In this document: positions 16,494 through 25,302 of the stretch, piece by piece
How positions within the stretch are numbered: the first letter of the stretch is position 1
How the letters are laid out: each line of letters opens with the position of its first letter
Source: a virus
Taxonomy: Duplodnaviria > Caudoviricetes
Length of the DNA stretch: 64,000 nucleotides
Direction: 5' to 3' (one strand)
Virus record (IMG/VR): IMGVR_UViG_3300020404_002009
Span: 2,149 to 66,148 of that record
The notes under the pieces: model-generated
Database searches by the model: none
What the model was told of the DNA's origin: nothing
What the model saw: only the letters and a program-made list of their open reading frames with translations
Made by a program: the position numbers and the translations under genes

Positions 16494-16976
16494 ATGAAGT
16501 CTTATCACATACTGAACTGTGACACGCAACAGAAGATCGCGGACAGCCTATACGGCTATTACGTTGGCATAACAGCCAACAAGACCGTTACCGATTTCTG
16601 GAATCATCTCACAAGGGAGCAGATAAAACAGTATATGTTGATACCCAACAATCCAACGGTCAAATGGTTTGACAGCATGGGGCTCAAAGTCAGAGACATG
16701 AGTTTCACCCTGTACAACGAAACAGTCAAGACCGACATACACAAAGACCAACCACCTGTCGTGGCAAAGATTAACTTCCCGGTGTTGAACACAAAGGACA
16801 CCTATAATGTTTGGTTCGACGATGACAGGAATGAAATAGACAGAGTTGAGTGTGATAGGCCCATTGTGTTGCGTTCCGACATCTTGCACACAGTTGAGAT
16901 AGGAAAGTCAGCGTCGTTTCCGAGACTGCAATTTAGTTTTTGTTTTTATAACGAACCGCTTCAGTTATTAGCGTAG
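16494..16976 (+). CDS. Putative 2OG-Fe(II)/cupin-like protein
   Basis: IHKD...INFPV...LHTV...RLQFS pattern. Confidence 0.55.
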   Translation: MKSYHILNCDTQQKIADSLYGYYVGITANKTVTDFWNHLTREQIKQYMLIPNNPTVKWFDSMGLKVRDMSFTLYNETVKTDIHKDQPPVVAKINFPVLNTKDTYNVWFDDDRNEIDRVECDRPIVLRSDILHTVEIGKSASFPRLQFSFCFYNEPLQLLA

Positions 16977-17970
16977 GACACTCGATAAATCTATCATTGC
17001 GTTTGTTTATGCGTGACACCACGTGTGCCAACTGCTCCTGATATTCCGGCGTGTGCCAGATGTTCTGTGAGTCAAAGTCAGAGATGGTTCCCCAGTCCTC
17101 TATCCTGTTGAGCCACACCCTGTCTGCACCGAACTGTTCGCCCAGGTCAATTATGGTCTCCATCTCATGATAGTTGTCCTTCTGCACAACAAAATGCAAT
17201 ATGAATCTGAAACCGTGTTTCTGTTTTTGTTCCGCCATGCATTCCAGTCCCTCCAGTATCTTGTCCCATTTGCCTCCCAGTCGGAGTTTCTCGTATGTTT
17301 CCTTGGAGGCCCCGTCTATGCTGACGCCAAGTTCGTTGAGATTTTCGATGACGTTGGGAACCTTGTTATGGAACTCCTTGAACATCAATCCGTTTGTCAG
17401 TATGGAATATTTGATGTTGTTGGTCCTGGGTGTCTGGCTCATGAAGTGCCTGTACACGTGTGACGCAAATGGATCTCCGTCGGAGCCTATGTGCACCTGT
17501 ATGGGGTGCTTGTGGTCCCACAGCCATTCGTTGATCCTGTCCGCCAGTCTGATTCCGAGATTGAACGCAGAACCCTCCTTGTGGAATATCATGGACTTCC
17601 TGCAACTCGGACATCGCAGATTGCAACTGTCATCTATCGCCAGTCTGAGATGCTGTATGCGTTCCGGCTGGCCATGCAACACAGCATTCGACTTGATGTA
17701 GGAGCACTGCTTGGCGTTGCAGTACCTGTAGGTGCCGTCCGCGATTGATCCTTGCAGGTGTTGGCGCATGGGCGAGCCAAATATCTCCTCCAGCGATTTG
17801 ACCTGCAGGTTGCCTATGCTCTGTGGCAACCATGACTGGCACTCACAGGCGTAGCACGATCCCTGCTTGTCGATCAGCACAGTGTCATATGGTCTGGGAC
17901 ACCTGTTCTGTATCTTGAGGTCCTTGCTGGTGTCTATGCCGTAGTGTTGGAACAGTCGTTGGTTTATCAT
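16933..17970 (-). CDS. Radical SAM enzyme with N-terminal SPASM-like domain
   Basis: CPRPY...CYACEC...YC...C, then CNLRCPSC, DGDPF, TNG and VSIDG. Confidence 0.88.
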   Translation of the reverse strand: MINQRLFQHYGIDTSKDLKIQNRCPRPYDTVLIDKQGSCYACECQSWLPQSIGNLQVKSLEEIFGSPMRQHLQGSIADGTYRYCNAKQCSYIKSNAVLHGQPERIQHLRLAIDDSCNLRCPSCRKSMIFHKEGSAFNLGIRLADRINEWLWDHKHPIQVHIGSDGDPFASHVYRHFMSQTPRTNNIKYSILTNGLMFKEFHNKVPNVIENLNELGVSIDGASKETYEKLRLGGKWDKILEGLECMAEQKQKHGFRFILHFVVQKDNYHEMETIIDLGEQFGADRVWLNRIEDWGTISDFDSQNIWHTPEYQEQLAHVVSRINKRNDRFIECPTLITEAVRYKNKN

Positions 17971-18134
17971 CTGTCGGGATCGGTGATCATGTCCAGCGTC
18001 AGTGGCTTGTCCTCGTTGGTCGCCGGCTTGGGCATCTGTTGGGCCTTCTTGCTACGCCTTCGCTGTTCGCGTTCCTGTTGCTTCTGCAGTTTCTTGGCAC
18101 CCCTGGTGCTCTTGTAGTCGTAGTGTATGCCCAT
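17967..18134 (-). CDS. Small basic hypothetical protein
   Basis: MGIHYDYK start with GGAG SD; overlaps the rSAM start. Confidence 0.6.
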   Translation of the reverse strand: MGIHYDYKSTRGAKKLQKQQEREQRRRSKKAQQMPKPATNEDKPLTLDMITDPDR

Positions 18135-18307
18135 GATCTTTCTCCCATTGCTGTGCGTAATTATCATGTGTGACCGGGGTGGCACAAATGTTTTTGGTAA
18201 ATTAAGTGCGTACTAAAGGTTGCATTTTAGGTAAATATGTCTTACAATCCAGAGCGGTCACGAGGCCTGTGATCGCATTAATCATATAGCAAAGGAAACA
18301 ACAACCT

Positions 18308-18679
18308 ATGAAAATGACTAAGAAGAAACTGGGTATAGGTGTGGCGGTAATAGTCGCACTTGGTATCCTATGGTCTGTGCTTAAACCTGCACCGGCTGAG
18401 GCGGCAGAAGTGGATTTCACTTTTGGTGCTGAAAGAAAACTGGAAGCGGAAACAAACGCCATGTACTTGGACTCACACATCAAACTGTGGGACACAGGCA
18501 TCGGCGCCACTTCTGGTGTGAACTACACAGTGGATGACAACATGGACGCCACGTTTGATTCTTTCGAATTGGATTTCGACAAGAGCCTTACAGAAAGCGC
18601 CTCAATCTACGTGAACAACGATTTCGACGTTAATCTCGACCACACAGAGACTACGATCGGTTTCAAGTTCAAGTTCTAG
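18308..18679 (+). CDS. Putative small outer-membrane beta-barrel protein
   Basis: Signal peptide ending AEA; alternating amphipathic strands; C-terminal IGFKFKF beta-signal; AAAGGA SD. Confidence 0.65.
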   Translation: MKMTKKKLGIGVAVIVALGILWSVLKPAPAEAAEVDFTFGAERKLEAETNAMYLDSHIKLWDTGIGATSGVNYTVDDNMDATFDSFELDFDKSLTESASIYVNNDFDVNLDHTETTIGFKFKF

Positions 18680-18692
18680 TTTAAGCAACGTC

Positions 18693-18737
18693 AAGGCGGT
18701 CGAGCTCAAGGATGCAAGACCGTCTTTACGCTTTTTT
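18693..18737 (+). terminator. Probable intrinsic terminator
   Basis: AAGGCGGTC/GACCGTCTT stem followed by T-rich sequence at a convergent junction. Confidence 0.5.
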
Positions 18738-18778
18738 ACGCTCCGCGTAATTTTCTCGTAAACGCTTATTTGGTAATT

Positions 18779-19480
18779 TTACGCTTTCGCTTCGCTGATT
18801 GATTTACGCAACTTGGTAATATCGGAATCAAAGTTGTTCTTCATCAACTTATCGTACACCCATTTGTCTCTGTTGAAAAGTCCAGGCTTACGTAGCCTTG
18901 CTCCAGTAGTGTCTTTGATCTTGGCACATTTGATAACCAAATCTTTTAGATATATGAATCTGTCAATTGCTTTGCACAGTTCTCCTGTGTATTCATCTAT
19001 GTTCCAATGGAAGAATGCAGGATTCCAATGGTAGCCTAATGCCTCTGCCCATTCCTTTGTTACAAATGGTTGTGTGCACCTGCCATGGGTGTGCGAACCT
19101 CTGTCGTCGTAGGCGGCTATTACAAATATTCCATCTGGATACTTTTCTTTGCATTCCTTGATTTTTTTGTCCCACCTTTTTGTTTTGAATGTTACTTCGT
19201 CACCCGCCAACATATAAAAATCTGCTTTTGTGCTTTCTGCTATCAAGTTCCAACTGTAGACAGGACTTTGATCAGGACCTACAATGTATTGTACTGAATC
19301 GCCGTAAATCGTTTGCATTTTTTTTAGTTGCTTTGTGTAACTTTTTAGATCTGGGTCGTCGTCATTAATGTAGTATTTTACAATAACATTTTTCTTATTG
19401 TCAGCATGATCCAGTATAGAAGAAACAGTGCCTTGTATCAGCGTTGGACGGCCTCGAGATGGAATACAAATGCAGATCAT
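18779..19480 (-). CDS. GT2-like glycosyltransferase
   Basis: ICIPSRGRP, INDDD, AGDE and HWNID motifs; paralogue of 48813-49559. Confidence 0.75.
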   Translation of the reverse strand: MICICIPSRGRPTLIQGTVSSILDHADNKKNVIVKYYINDDDPDLKSYTKQLKKMQTIYGDSVQYIVGPDQSPVYSWNLIAESTKADFYMLAGDEVTFKTKRWDKKIKECKEKYPDGIFVIAAYDDRGSHTHGRCTQPFVTKEWAEALGYHWNPAFFHWNIDEYTGELCKAIDRFIYLKDLVIKCAKIKDTTGARLRKPGLFNRDKWVYDKLMKNNFDSDITKLRKSISEAKA

Positions 19481-20163
19481 ATTTTAAGCACTGCTTCTAT
19501 CATACTTGAAAAACCAGTTTCTCTTTCTTTTGGTGTCATGACTTTGTCTGTGTGTTCGAAGTGGTCCGACACAGTGTTGACCGATAATGCCTTCTTGTTA
19601 TACTCTGCGGCTAGTGTGTACAAAATGTATGTTTCCATTTCAACTGCTAGTGTTCCATATGTTTGTAATTCTCTCCACCAGTGTTCATTAGGCTGATAAA
19701 AATAATCGTTTGATACTATACTGCCAACGTGTGCTAGTGGACAATGTGTCAAAAAACTTTGTAGCAACTGATGATCAACACTGGGACTGATTTGGAAACC
19801 GGCTACTAATTGTTTGCCCATTGCACTATCAGTACTTGCTGTCGTTGCCGCAACAATATCTCCTACCTGTACATGTTTTGCTATCCCACCGCAACTTCCT
19901 ACTCTTATAATTTTTTCAACTTCGTAGAATTTGAAAAGTTCTGTAATGTATATTGCGTTGCTTGGCATACCCATGCCACCTGCTTGAACAGATATTCTTT
20001 TTCCATTATAGGTACCAGTATATCCTAGGCAATTCCTCACACTGTTTACTTGCACAGGTTGGTCAAAAAATGTTTCTGCAATCCATTTTGCTCTTAAAGG
20101 ATCTCCTGGCAATAGGACTGTGTCTGCGTAGTCTCCGGGTTTGGCCTCAATGTGTGGCGTCAT
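19477..20163 (-). CDS. deoD: Purine nucleoside phosphorylase (DeoD type)
   Basis: TPHIEAKPGD, LPGDPLRAKWIAE, GMGMPS, RVGSCG, VEME and TVSDH motifs. Confidence 0.95.
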   Translation of the reverse strand: MTPHIEAKPGDYADTVLLPGDPLRAKWIAETFFDQPVQVNSVRNCLGYTGTYNGKRISVQAGGMGMPSNAIYITELFKFYEVEKIIRVGSCGGIAKHVQVGDIVAATTASTDSAMGKQLVAGFQISPSVDHQLLQSFLTHCPLAHVGSIVSNDYFYQPNEHWWRELQTYGTLAVEMETYILYTLAAEYNKKALSVNTVSDHFEHTDKVMTPKERETGFSSMIEAVLKI

Positions 20164-20710
20164 AAATTTCCTTCCAACTGCTTATCCTTCTACCTGTGTA
20201 TTCTCGATTGTACGGCCAATCCATGATATAAGTTTTCAGTCCCATTTGGTCGCCGTCTTTTGCGTAGTCTATCCTGTCCTCTATCCAAATAAGATTGCTA
20301 TCTTTATATTTCTCTAACACACCTTTTTTAGATTCGGTGAATTCTCCTGAGCAATAGATGTTGTCAAATACATCTCCAAATAAATGTTGCAGATTAATTC
20401 TACGTAATCGGTGAGCGTATTTGTCTTTGCCTATCATTGTAATAACATCGAACCGCCAACCTTCATTTGCAAGTTTCGTAACATACTCCACACTGTCTTT
20501 GTAAGCGGGTATGAAACCCAAAGCACCGGTCTGGTTAAACATATTGATCTGATCAAATGCTTCTTTTTCATCTATACCATATCTTTTTGCCTGTGAAAAG
20601 AAATGATCTGTATTTGGCAAACGGAAGTAACCTTGCTCTCTCATCCACACATCAAATGCAAACGCCCAATCAAGTAGGACGCCATCACAATCAGTTATTA
20701 TTTTCTTCAT
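20147..20710 (-). CDS. HAD-family 5'(3')-nucleotidase-like phosphatase
   Basis: TDCDGVL, WIED and WPYN motifs. Confidence 0.8.
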   Translation of the reverse strand: MKKIITDCDGVLLDWAFAFDVWMREQGYFRLPNTDHFFSQAKRYGIDEKEAFDQINMFNQTGALGFIPAYKDSVEYVTKLANEGWRFDVITMIGKDKYAHRLRRINLQHLFGDVFDNIYCSGEFTESKKGVLEKYKDSNLIWIEDRIDYAKDGDQMGLKTYIMDWPYNREYTGRRISSWKEIYDATH

Positions 20711-21428
20711 TGAGTAACATCCTTCTTATTTCTTTCCATGTACCTAAGTCTCTGTAATCCTGCACAGGAATGCCTTTTGATTTGTAAATTGGTGTGTCCT
20801 TTATTTCTTCCTGGTTTACTTTTTGCCTTAATGTTGACTTCTCCATGAATGAGATACATTGATTAAATGTTCTTCTTCTAAATGCAAACGCACACCAGAA
20901 CGCATTAAATTTTTGGAGTCCATCCTGTGGCTTATCTTCATATGCTGTGATGAGGTCGTCCTCATTAACTGCTAATGCACCTTTAGTTTTCAATACTTCG
21001 GGATCTTTTTCTTTTTTATATAAGAATGTAAATCCTGTTTCCGTCAATGACGAATTAGTTAAATCGTATAAATCAGAACTAGGCGCTAACGTCATTATTG
21101 TATCAGGTAATAATACTAAATTGTGTTCTCCAAATAAATGACTTGCACTCTTGATGGCGCCTGTGTATTCGTGTTCGTTTGGATTTTGATATGTGAAAGT
21201 GATGTTGTATCTGTCTTTGTACTTTGATAGGTACGACAATAGTTCTGGTTTATTCTCGTTTATGATTACAACAAACTCTACATTTTTTCGACCGTAGTCT
21301 CTGAAAAAGTTAAACGAATGATCAATTAATGCTTCTTCGTTGTTAAGTCGTAATATCTCTTTCGGATACGGCAGGTTCAATCTTGTTCCCTTACCGGCCG
21401 CAGGTAATATTACTGTTAGGTTGCTCAT
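20691..21428 (-). CDS. Sugar-phosphate nucleotidyltransferase (RmlA/GalU-like fold)
   Basis: ILPAAGKGTRL..PKE, LPD, EDKP and DLGT motifs. Confidence 0.85.
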   Translation of the reverse strand: MSNLTVILPAAGKGTRLNLPYPKEILRLNNEEALIDHSFNFFRDYGRKNVEFVVIINENKPELLSYLSKYKDRYNITFTYQNPNEHEYTGAIKSASHLFGEHNLVLLPDTIMTLAPSSDLYDLTNSSLTETGFTFLYKKEKDPEVLKTKGALAVNEDDLITAYEDKPQDGLQKFNAFWCAFAFRRRTFNQCISFMEKSTLRQKVNQEEIKDTPIYKSKGIPVQDYRDLGTWKEIRRMLLNEENNN

Positions 21429-21440
21429 GCTAGTATTATA

Positions 21441-23132
21441 CTAGTTATTGACGTATTTTTCTAGCCTGAATCCTTTGGAGTCGTAGCACTCCACGTAGTC
21501 TGAATTATTCGAATGTCTTATGGTGCCTTGTCCCCATATTACATCATGATCACTGTATGCAAATGCTTTCTTTATTGTTACATCAATGTATTGTCCATTA
21601 CCAACACCTAGTGTTAGAAAAGTTACGTATCTACCTTTGTCACCTCGAAACACCCTACCGTTGGCAATCATTCCTGCAAACTCCACTTTGTCGAGATAAA
21701 GTTCTTTCACATACATGCCAGGCATGAAGTCCTTGTGACTCCACCAACCATATTTTCTATATTGAAACTCAGGAGTGTCCCACTTGTCGGACTTGCTAGG
21801 TGTAACAACTTCTATGCCAACACGTTTTGCTTCTGTTCTGTACACCCAACGTTTGTAGGATCCTTGACAGTGTTTTAAACATGACTTCCAAAACTTTTCC
21901 GGATTGTGTGCTTTCTGGTATGCCAGTGCCCATATCAGTCTACCTAGATTCACAGCGTGGGCTCTACAAAGTCCAAAGCCAGACAAGGATTGTAACATTG
22001 CGATAATTTCGTCCTTGCGTGGATGATTTCCTAGTCTCGAAATGAACTCCATTATTTTTTCTTCATTCTTTTTGGCAAACGCTCTGCGATACATGTCTGC
22101 TTCGTATTTGTCTATGTCCAGAACTTCTGATATTCTATCTATGGCATCGTCCTCGTACACTATTGTGTCACTCATACGTTCCTTGCTCCAGTCATGAAAC
22201 ATAGTTGCTTTCTTTCTTCCTGATATTGCCACGGGCCTTATCAGTGCTGTTCCGAATACACAGTCTTTTCTACTTTTTGGTTGTATCGCTCTGAACAGTC
22301 TCCTCATGGCAGGACTTTCCGCTTGGGTCACTCCCAACACATCTCCTCTGCACAAAAGTTCCGAAGTAGCGGAGTCCTCTTCTGGATAGTCCGTGAGTTT
22401 CATTGTTGGATCTATTTCTATGAGTTGCGACAAACCACGATTGGCTAAAATATCCACCTTTAGGTGTTCCAGGTCCTCCACTTCGTTTTTGTCTAGTAGT
22501 ATTTGATTTTCTGCCGTGAACAGGCTTTTTGGTAATTGTCTTTGAAACATCAGTATTCCTCCGCAGTGTTTTGATATGCATCTCTTCTTGCCTTTCAATT
22601 TGTTTTCGATTCTTTTGGCTTCTTTGGTGTCGATGCCTAGCGAATCATATGTGAACCTGCGGGGTAGGTTACCCTTGACTCCAAGTCTTTTGGCCGCTTC
22701 ACGCCTTGCTGATTTATCTTGATAGAGCACGTAGTTAGATATCCTAGCACTGCGTCCGGGCCATTTCTTGAATATCCTCTTCATGACTTCTTCCTGTTGA
22801 TGATGGGGGAAATCAATATCAACATCAGGAAGGTCATCTCTGTTAGGGTTGAGGAATCTTGCCACGGGTATGTCCCACTCCACTGGGTCCACATCTGTTA
22901 TGCCCAGAAGATAACAGACCAATGACGAACCAGCACTACCACGTGTCATGTGTGGTATGTCTCTTGTCATTGCAATGATATCACATATTTGGATGAAGTA
23001 ATCTACGAAACGTAGTTTAAGGATGATTTGAGTTTCCTCGGCGAGCCTTTGCGTGTATTCTTCTGTGCCTGGACATTGCCTAATGAATCTATCGTACAGC
23101 CTTGTTATGTCGTTTAGTTCTTTGTCTTTCAT
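21441..23132 (-). CDS. dnaE: Compact DNA polymerase III alpha (family C), lacking PHP domain
   Basis: RGSAGSSLVCYLLGITDVDP, RFLNPNR..PDVDIDF, SKHCGG, KVDIL, GVTQAES, ALIRP and FGLCRAHA motifs; OB-fold-like C-terminus. Confidence 0.9.
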   Translation of the reverse strand: MKDKELNDITRLYDRFIRQCPGTEEYTQRLAEETQIILKLRFVDYFIQICDIIAMTRDIPHMTRGSAGSSLVCYLLGITDVDPVEWDIPVARFLNPNRDDLPDVDIDFPHHQQEEVMKRIFKKWPGRSARISNYVLYQDKSARREAAKRLGVKGNLPRRFTYDSLGIDTKEAKRIENKLKGKKRCISKHCGGILMFQRQLPKSLFTAENQILLDKNEVEDLEHLKVDILANRGLSQLIEIDPTMKLTDYPEEDSATSELLCRGDVLGVTQAESPAMRRLFRAIQPKSRKDCVFGTALIRPVAISGRKKATMFHDWSKERMSDTIVYEDDAIDRISEVLDIDKYEADMYRRAFAKKNEEKIMEFISRLGNHPRKDEIIAMLQSLSGFGLCRAHAVNLGRLIWALAYQKAHNPEKFWKSCLKHCQGSYKRWVYRTEAKRVGIEVVTPSKSDKWDTPEFQYRKYGWWSHKDFMPGMYVKELYLDKVEFAGMIANGRVFRGDKGRYVTFLTLGVGNGQYIDVTIKKAFAYSDHDVIWGQGTIRHSNNSDYVECYDSKGFRLEKYVNN

Positions 23133-23182
23133 TTGCCTATGCTTTTATGTTTGCCTGTTATTGCCTTGAGCAAATATATTTA
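23133..23182 (-). promoter_or_regulatory. dnaE leader: TAAATA followed by three AGGCAA repeats
   Basis: TTGCCT at 23133, 23151 and 23161 on + strand; TATTTA at 23177-23182. Confidence 0.5.
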
Positions 23183-23195
23183 TCTACGTATATTA

Positions 23196-23876
23196 TTATG
23201 ACTGTAAATTTTGGCGAAGTTTACTTTTAGGAATATTGATATCTCTCTTGTCACATGCGGCACTCAACACACAAGGATCACAGACCGGAGATCTTGACTT
23301 GCAAACTTTCTTGGCATGTGTGATCAACCACATGTGAGCACCGTATTTGTACTTGCTTGGTGTTGTATTGTTCACTGTAATTGATGCCTTACCTTCGTCC
23401 AAATTATCTACCCAACCCAAACGCCATAGCATTCTAAAGACGTGGGTGTCTACTGCTATGTGCGGTTCACCAAATACAAATCTCATCACGATGTCTGAAC
23501 TTTTTCTTCCAACTCCGGGCAGTGTCATTAATTCTTTTTGTGTCCTTGGTACTTGCCCGTTAAAATTCTCTAATAACATTTTACTTGTGGCAAGGATGTT
23601 TTTGCTTTTAGCATTGAATAATCCTGCAGGTTTGATTGCTTCAATAATTTCTTCTTGTGATAATTTTATCATCTCTTCTGGTGTATCCGCTAACGCAAAC
23701 AGTTGATTACATGCTATTGCTGTTCTCTTGTCTTGACTTTGTGCAGACAACATCACACCTATCAAACTTGTATAGGCCTTGGAATATATTTTTGCTTTAG
23801 GTTTACGATTTGAATAGTGCGGATATAGAGAACTTAACTTCTCGTAAATGTATTCGATGTCATTACTGTTCTTCAT
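23196..23876 (-). CDS. nth: Endonuclease III (HhH-GPD glycosylase, 4Fe-4S)
   Basis: LSAQSQD, LPGVGRK, AVDTHV and C-x6-C-x2-C-x5-C motifs. Confidence 0.95.
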   Translation of the reverse strand: MKNSNDIEYIYEKLSSLYPHYSNRKPKAKIYSKAYTSLIGVMLSAQSQDKRTAIACNQLFALADTPEEMIKLSQEEIIEAIKPAGLFNAKSKNILATSKMLLENFNGQVPRTQKELMTLPGVGRKSSDIVMRFVFGEPHIAVDTHVFRMLWRLGWVDNLDEGKASITVNNTTPSKYKYGAHMWLITHAKKVCKSRSPVCDPCVLSAACDKRDINIPKSKLRQNLQS

Positions 23877-25302
23877 CTGAGTGCAGTTCGTTTAGAAGTT
23901 GTCTCAGTTTGCCGCCCTCAACGGTGGCTTTTACTTTACCAATAGTGTCGCCCTTGCGTGGATCCGGTATCTCTGGTCTTGCATCTTTTGGAGTGTCATT
24001 ACCCGTAACTTTTGATGTCTTTTTAAGATTATCGTAAATTGTACTTCTCTGTTTGTCAAACTGTTTGTATTCCGGATCGTCTGCCAAGTCTCTAATACGC
24101 AAACTATCCACATCAAATTCTAAATCTACTTTTTGTCCTACACCAGAACTTGATCTAGTCTTCATGAACTGTATCTGATATCTGCCACGTTCTTTCATTG
24201 CTCTACTTGTGAATATACCTATCACGTTGTCTGCTGTCTGTATCTTGGATAGTCCACCCGATATGTGAGAGTGATCAAACTCTATCTCTTCAACACTGGC
24301 TCTGTTCAACTGTGATGCAGTTGCCAACACACACTGTTTCTCAACAACCAAGTTTCTCAATTCTTCAGATACGTATTTGTCTTTTATGAATAAGTCTGCC
24401 GGCGATATTCTTTTGCTTTTTGGCATCATGAGATCCAAATAGTCAATCAGTATACAGTCTATTTTTTTCTTGTTTTTAAGTTCTAGTTCTTTAAGATAAG
24501 TTCTAACATCTAGCACATTGCTTCCACTAGGCAAGTATTTGATCTGTAAAGTTCCTGACTTCTTGGCCAGCATCTTCACTTTCATTTCCACGTTGTCAAT
24601 CTCCGGAAACACTTTCTTTGTTGGAATGTTTGTCATCATTGCATCCAATCTCATTGCCGTAAGTTGTTCACTTAATTCAAAAGATATGTAACAAACGTTC
24701 AGACCAGCCTGTGCCCAGTTCACTGCAAGATTCTGCAAGAACAAACTCTTACCTGCGCCTGATCCACCTGCAAAGATGTTTAGTTCTCCACGGTTGAAAC
24801 CGCCAAACAGTTTCTTGTCTAAGTTCGCCCAGCCTGTGCTGATCTGTCCGTTGTTTGCCTTGAGTGCCTCTAGTCTTCCTTTCGGATCCTCAAAGTAGTC
24901 TGTACCAAGATCACGTGTCAGTCCTACATTGACTGCTTCCTTGACCATGTCCTCTACAGGAGCATAGTCACCCTTCTCTAGCAAGTCTGCCGATTGTAGT
25001 ATTGCATGTTCTAGTGCCTTGTGTCTTGAAAATGTTTCAAATTCATCTAACAGCCAATTGAAATGGCTTGGGTCTAAATCTTTTGCTGATTTTAATTTTA
25101 TATCATGTTTTGCATTTACCTGTTCTACGTCGGGCATTACTTTGTATTCGTCCATGTAGTCTTTTACAAACTTTGCAATAGGTTGTAGTTTACGGTCAAA
25201 CGATTCAGGTTTGAATATGTTCTGTGCCCTTGCAAACGACTCGGCGTCCGCCAATAGCATTTCTATATAAAGTTTTTGTACATCAAATGTGTATTCAGCC
25301 AT
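23863..25302 (-). CDS. Replicative DnaB-like helicase (T4 gp41-like)
   Basis: GGSGAGKS Walker A; IDYLD; ASQLNR; next to primase. Confidence 0.92.
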   Translation of the reverse strand: MAEYTFDVQKLYIEMLLADAESFARAQNIFKPESFDRKLQPIAKFVKDYMDEYKVMPDVEQVNAKHDIKLKSAKDLDPSHFNWLLDEFETFSRHKALEHAILQSADLLEKGDYAPVEDMVKEAVNVGLTRDLGTDYFEDPKGRLEALKANNGQISTGWANLDKKLFGGFNRGELNIFAGGSGAGKSLFLQNLAVNWAQAGLNVCYISFELSEQLTAMRLDAMMTNIPTKKVFPEIDNVEMKVKMLAKKSGTLQIKYLPSGSNVLDVRTYLKELELKNKKKIDCILIDYLDLMMPKSKRISPADLFIKDKYVSEELRNLVVEKQCVLATASQLNRASVEEIEFDHSHISGGLSKIQTADNVIGIFTSRAMKERGRYQIQFMKTRSSSGVGQKVDLEFDVDSLRIRDLADDPEYKQFDKQRSTIYDNLKKTSKVTGNDTPKDARPEIPDPRKGDTIGKVKATVEGGKLRQLLNELHSDEEQ

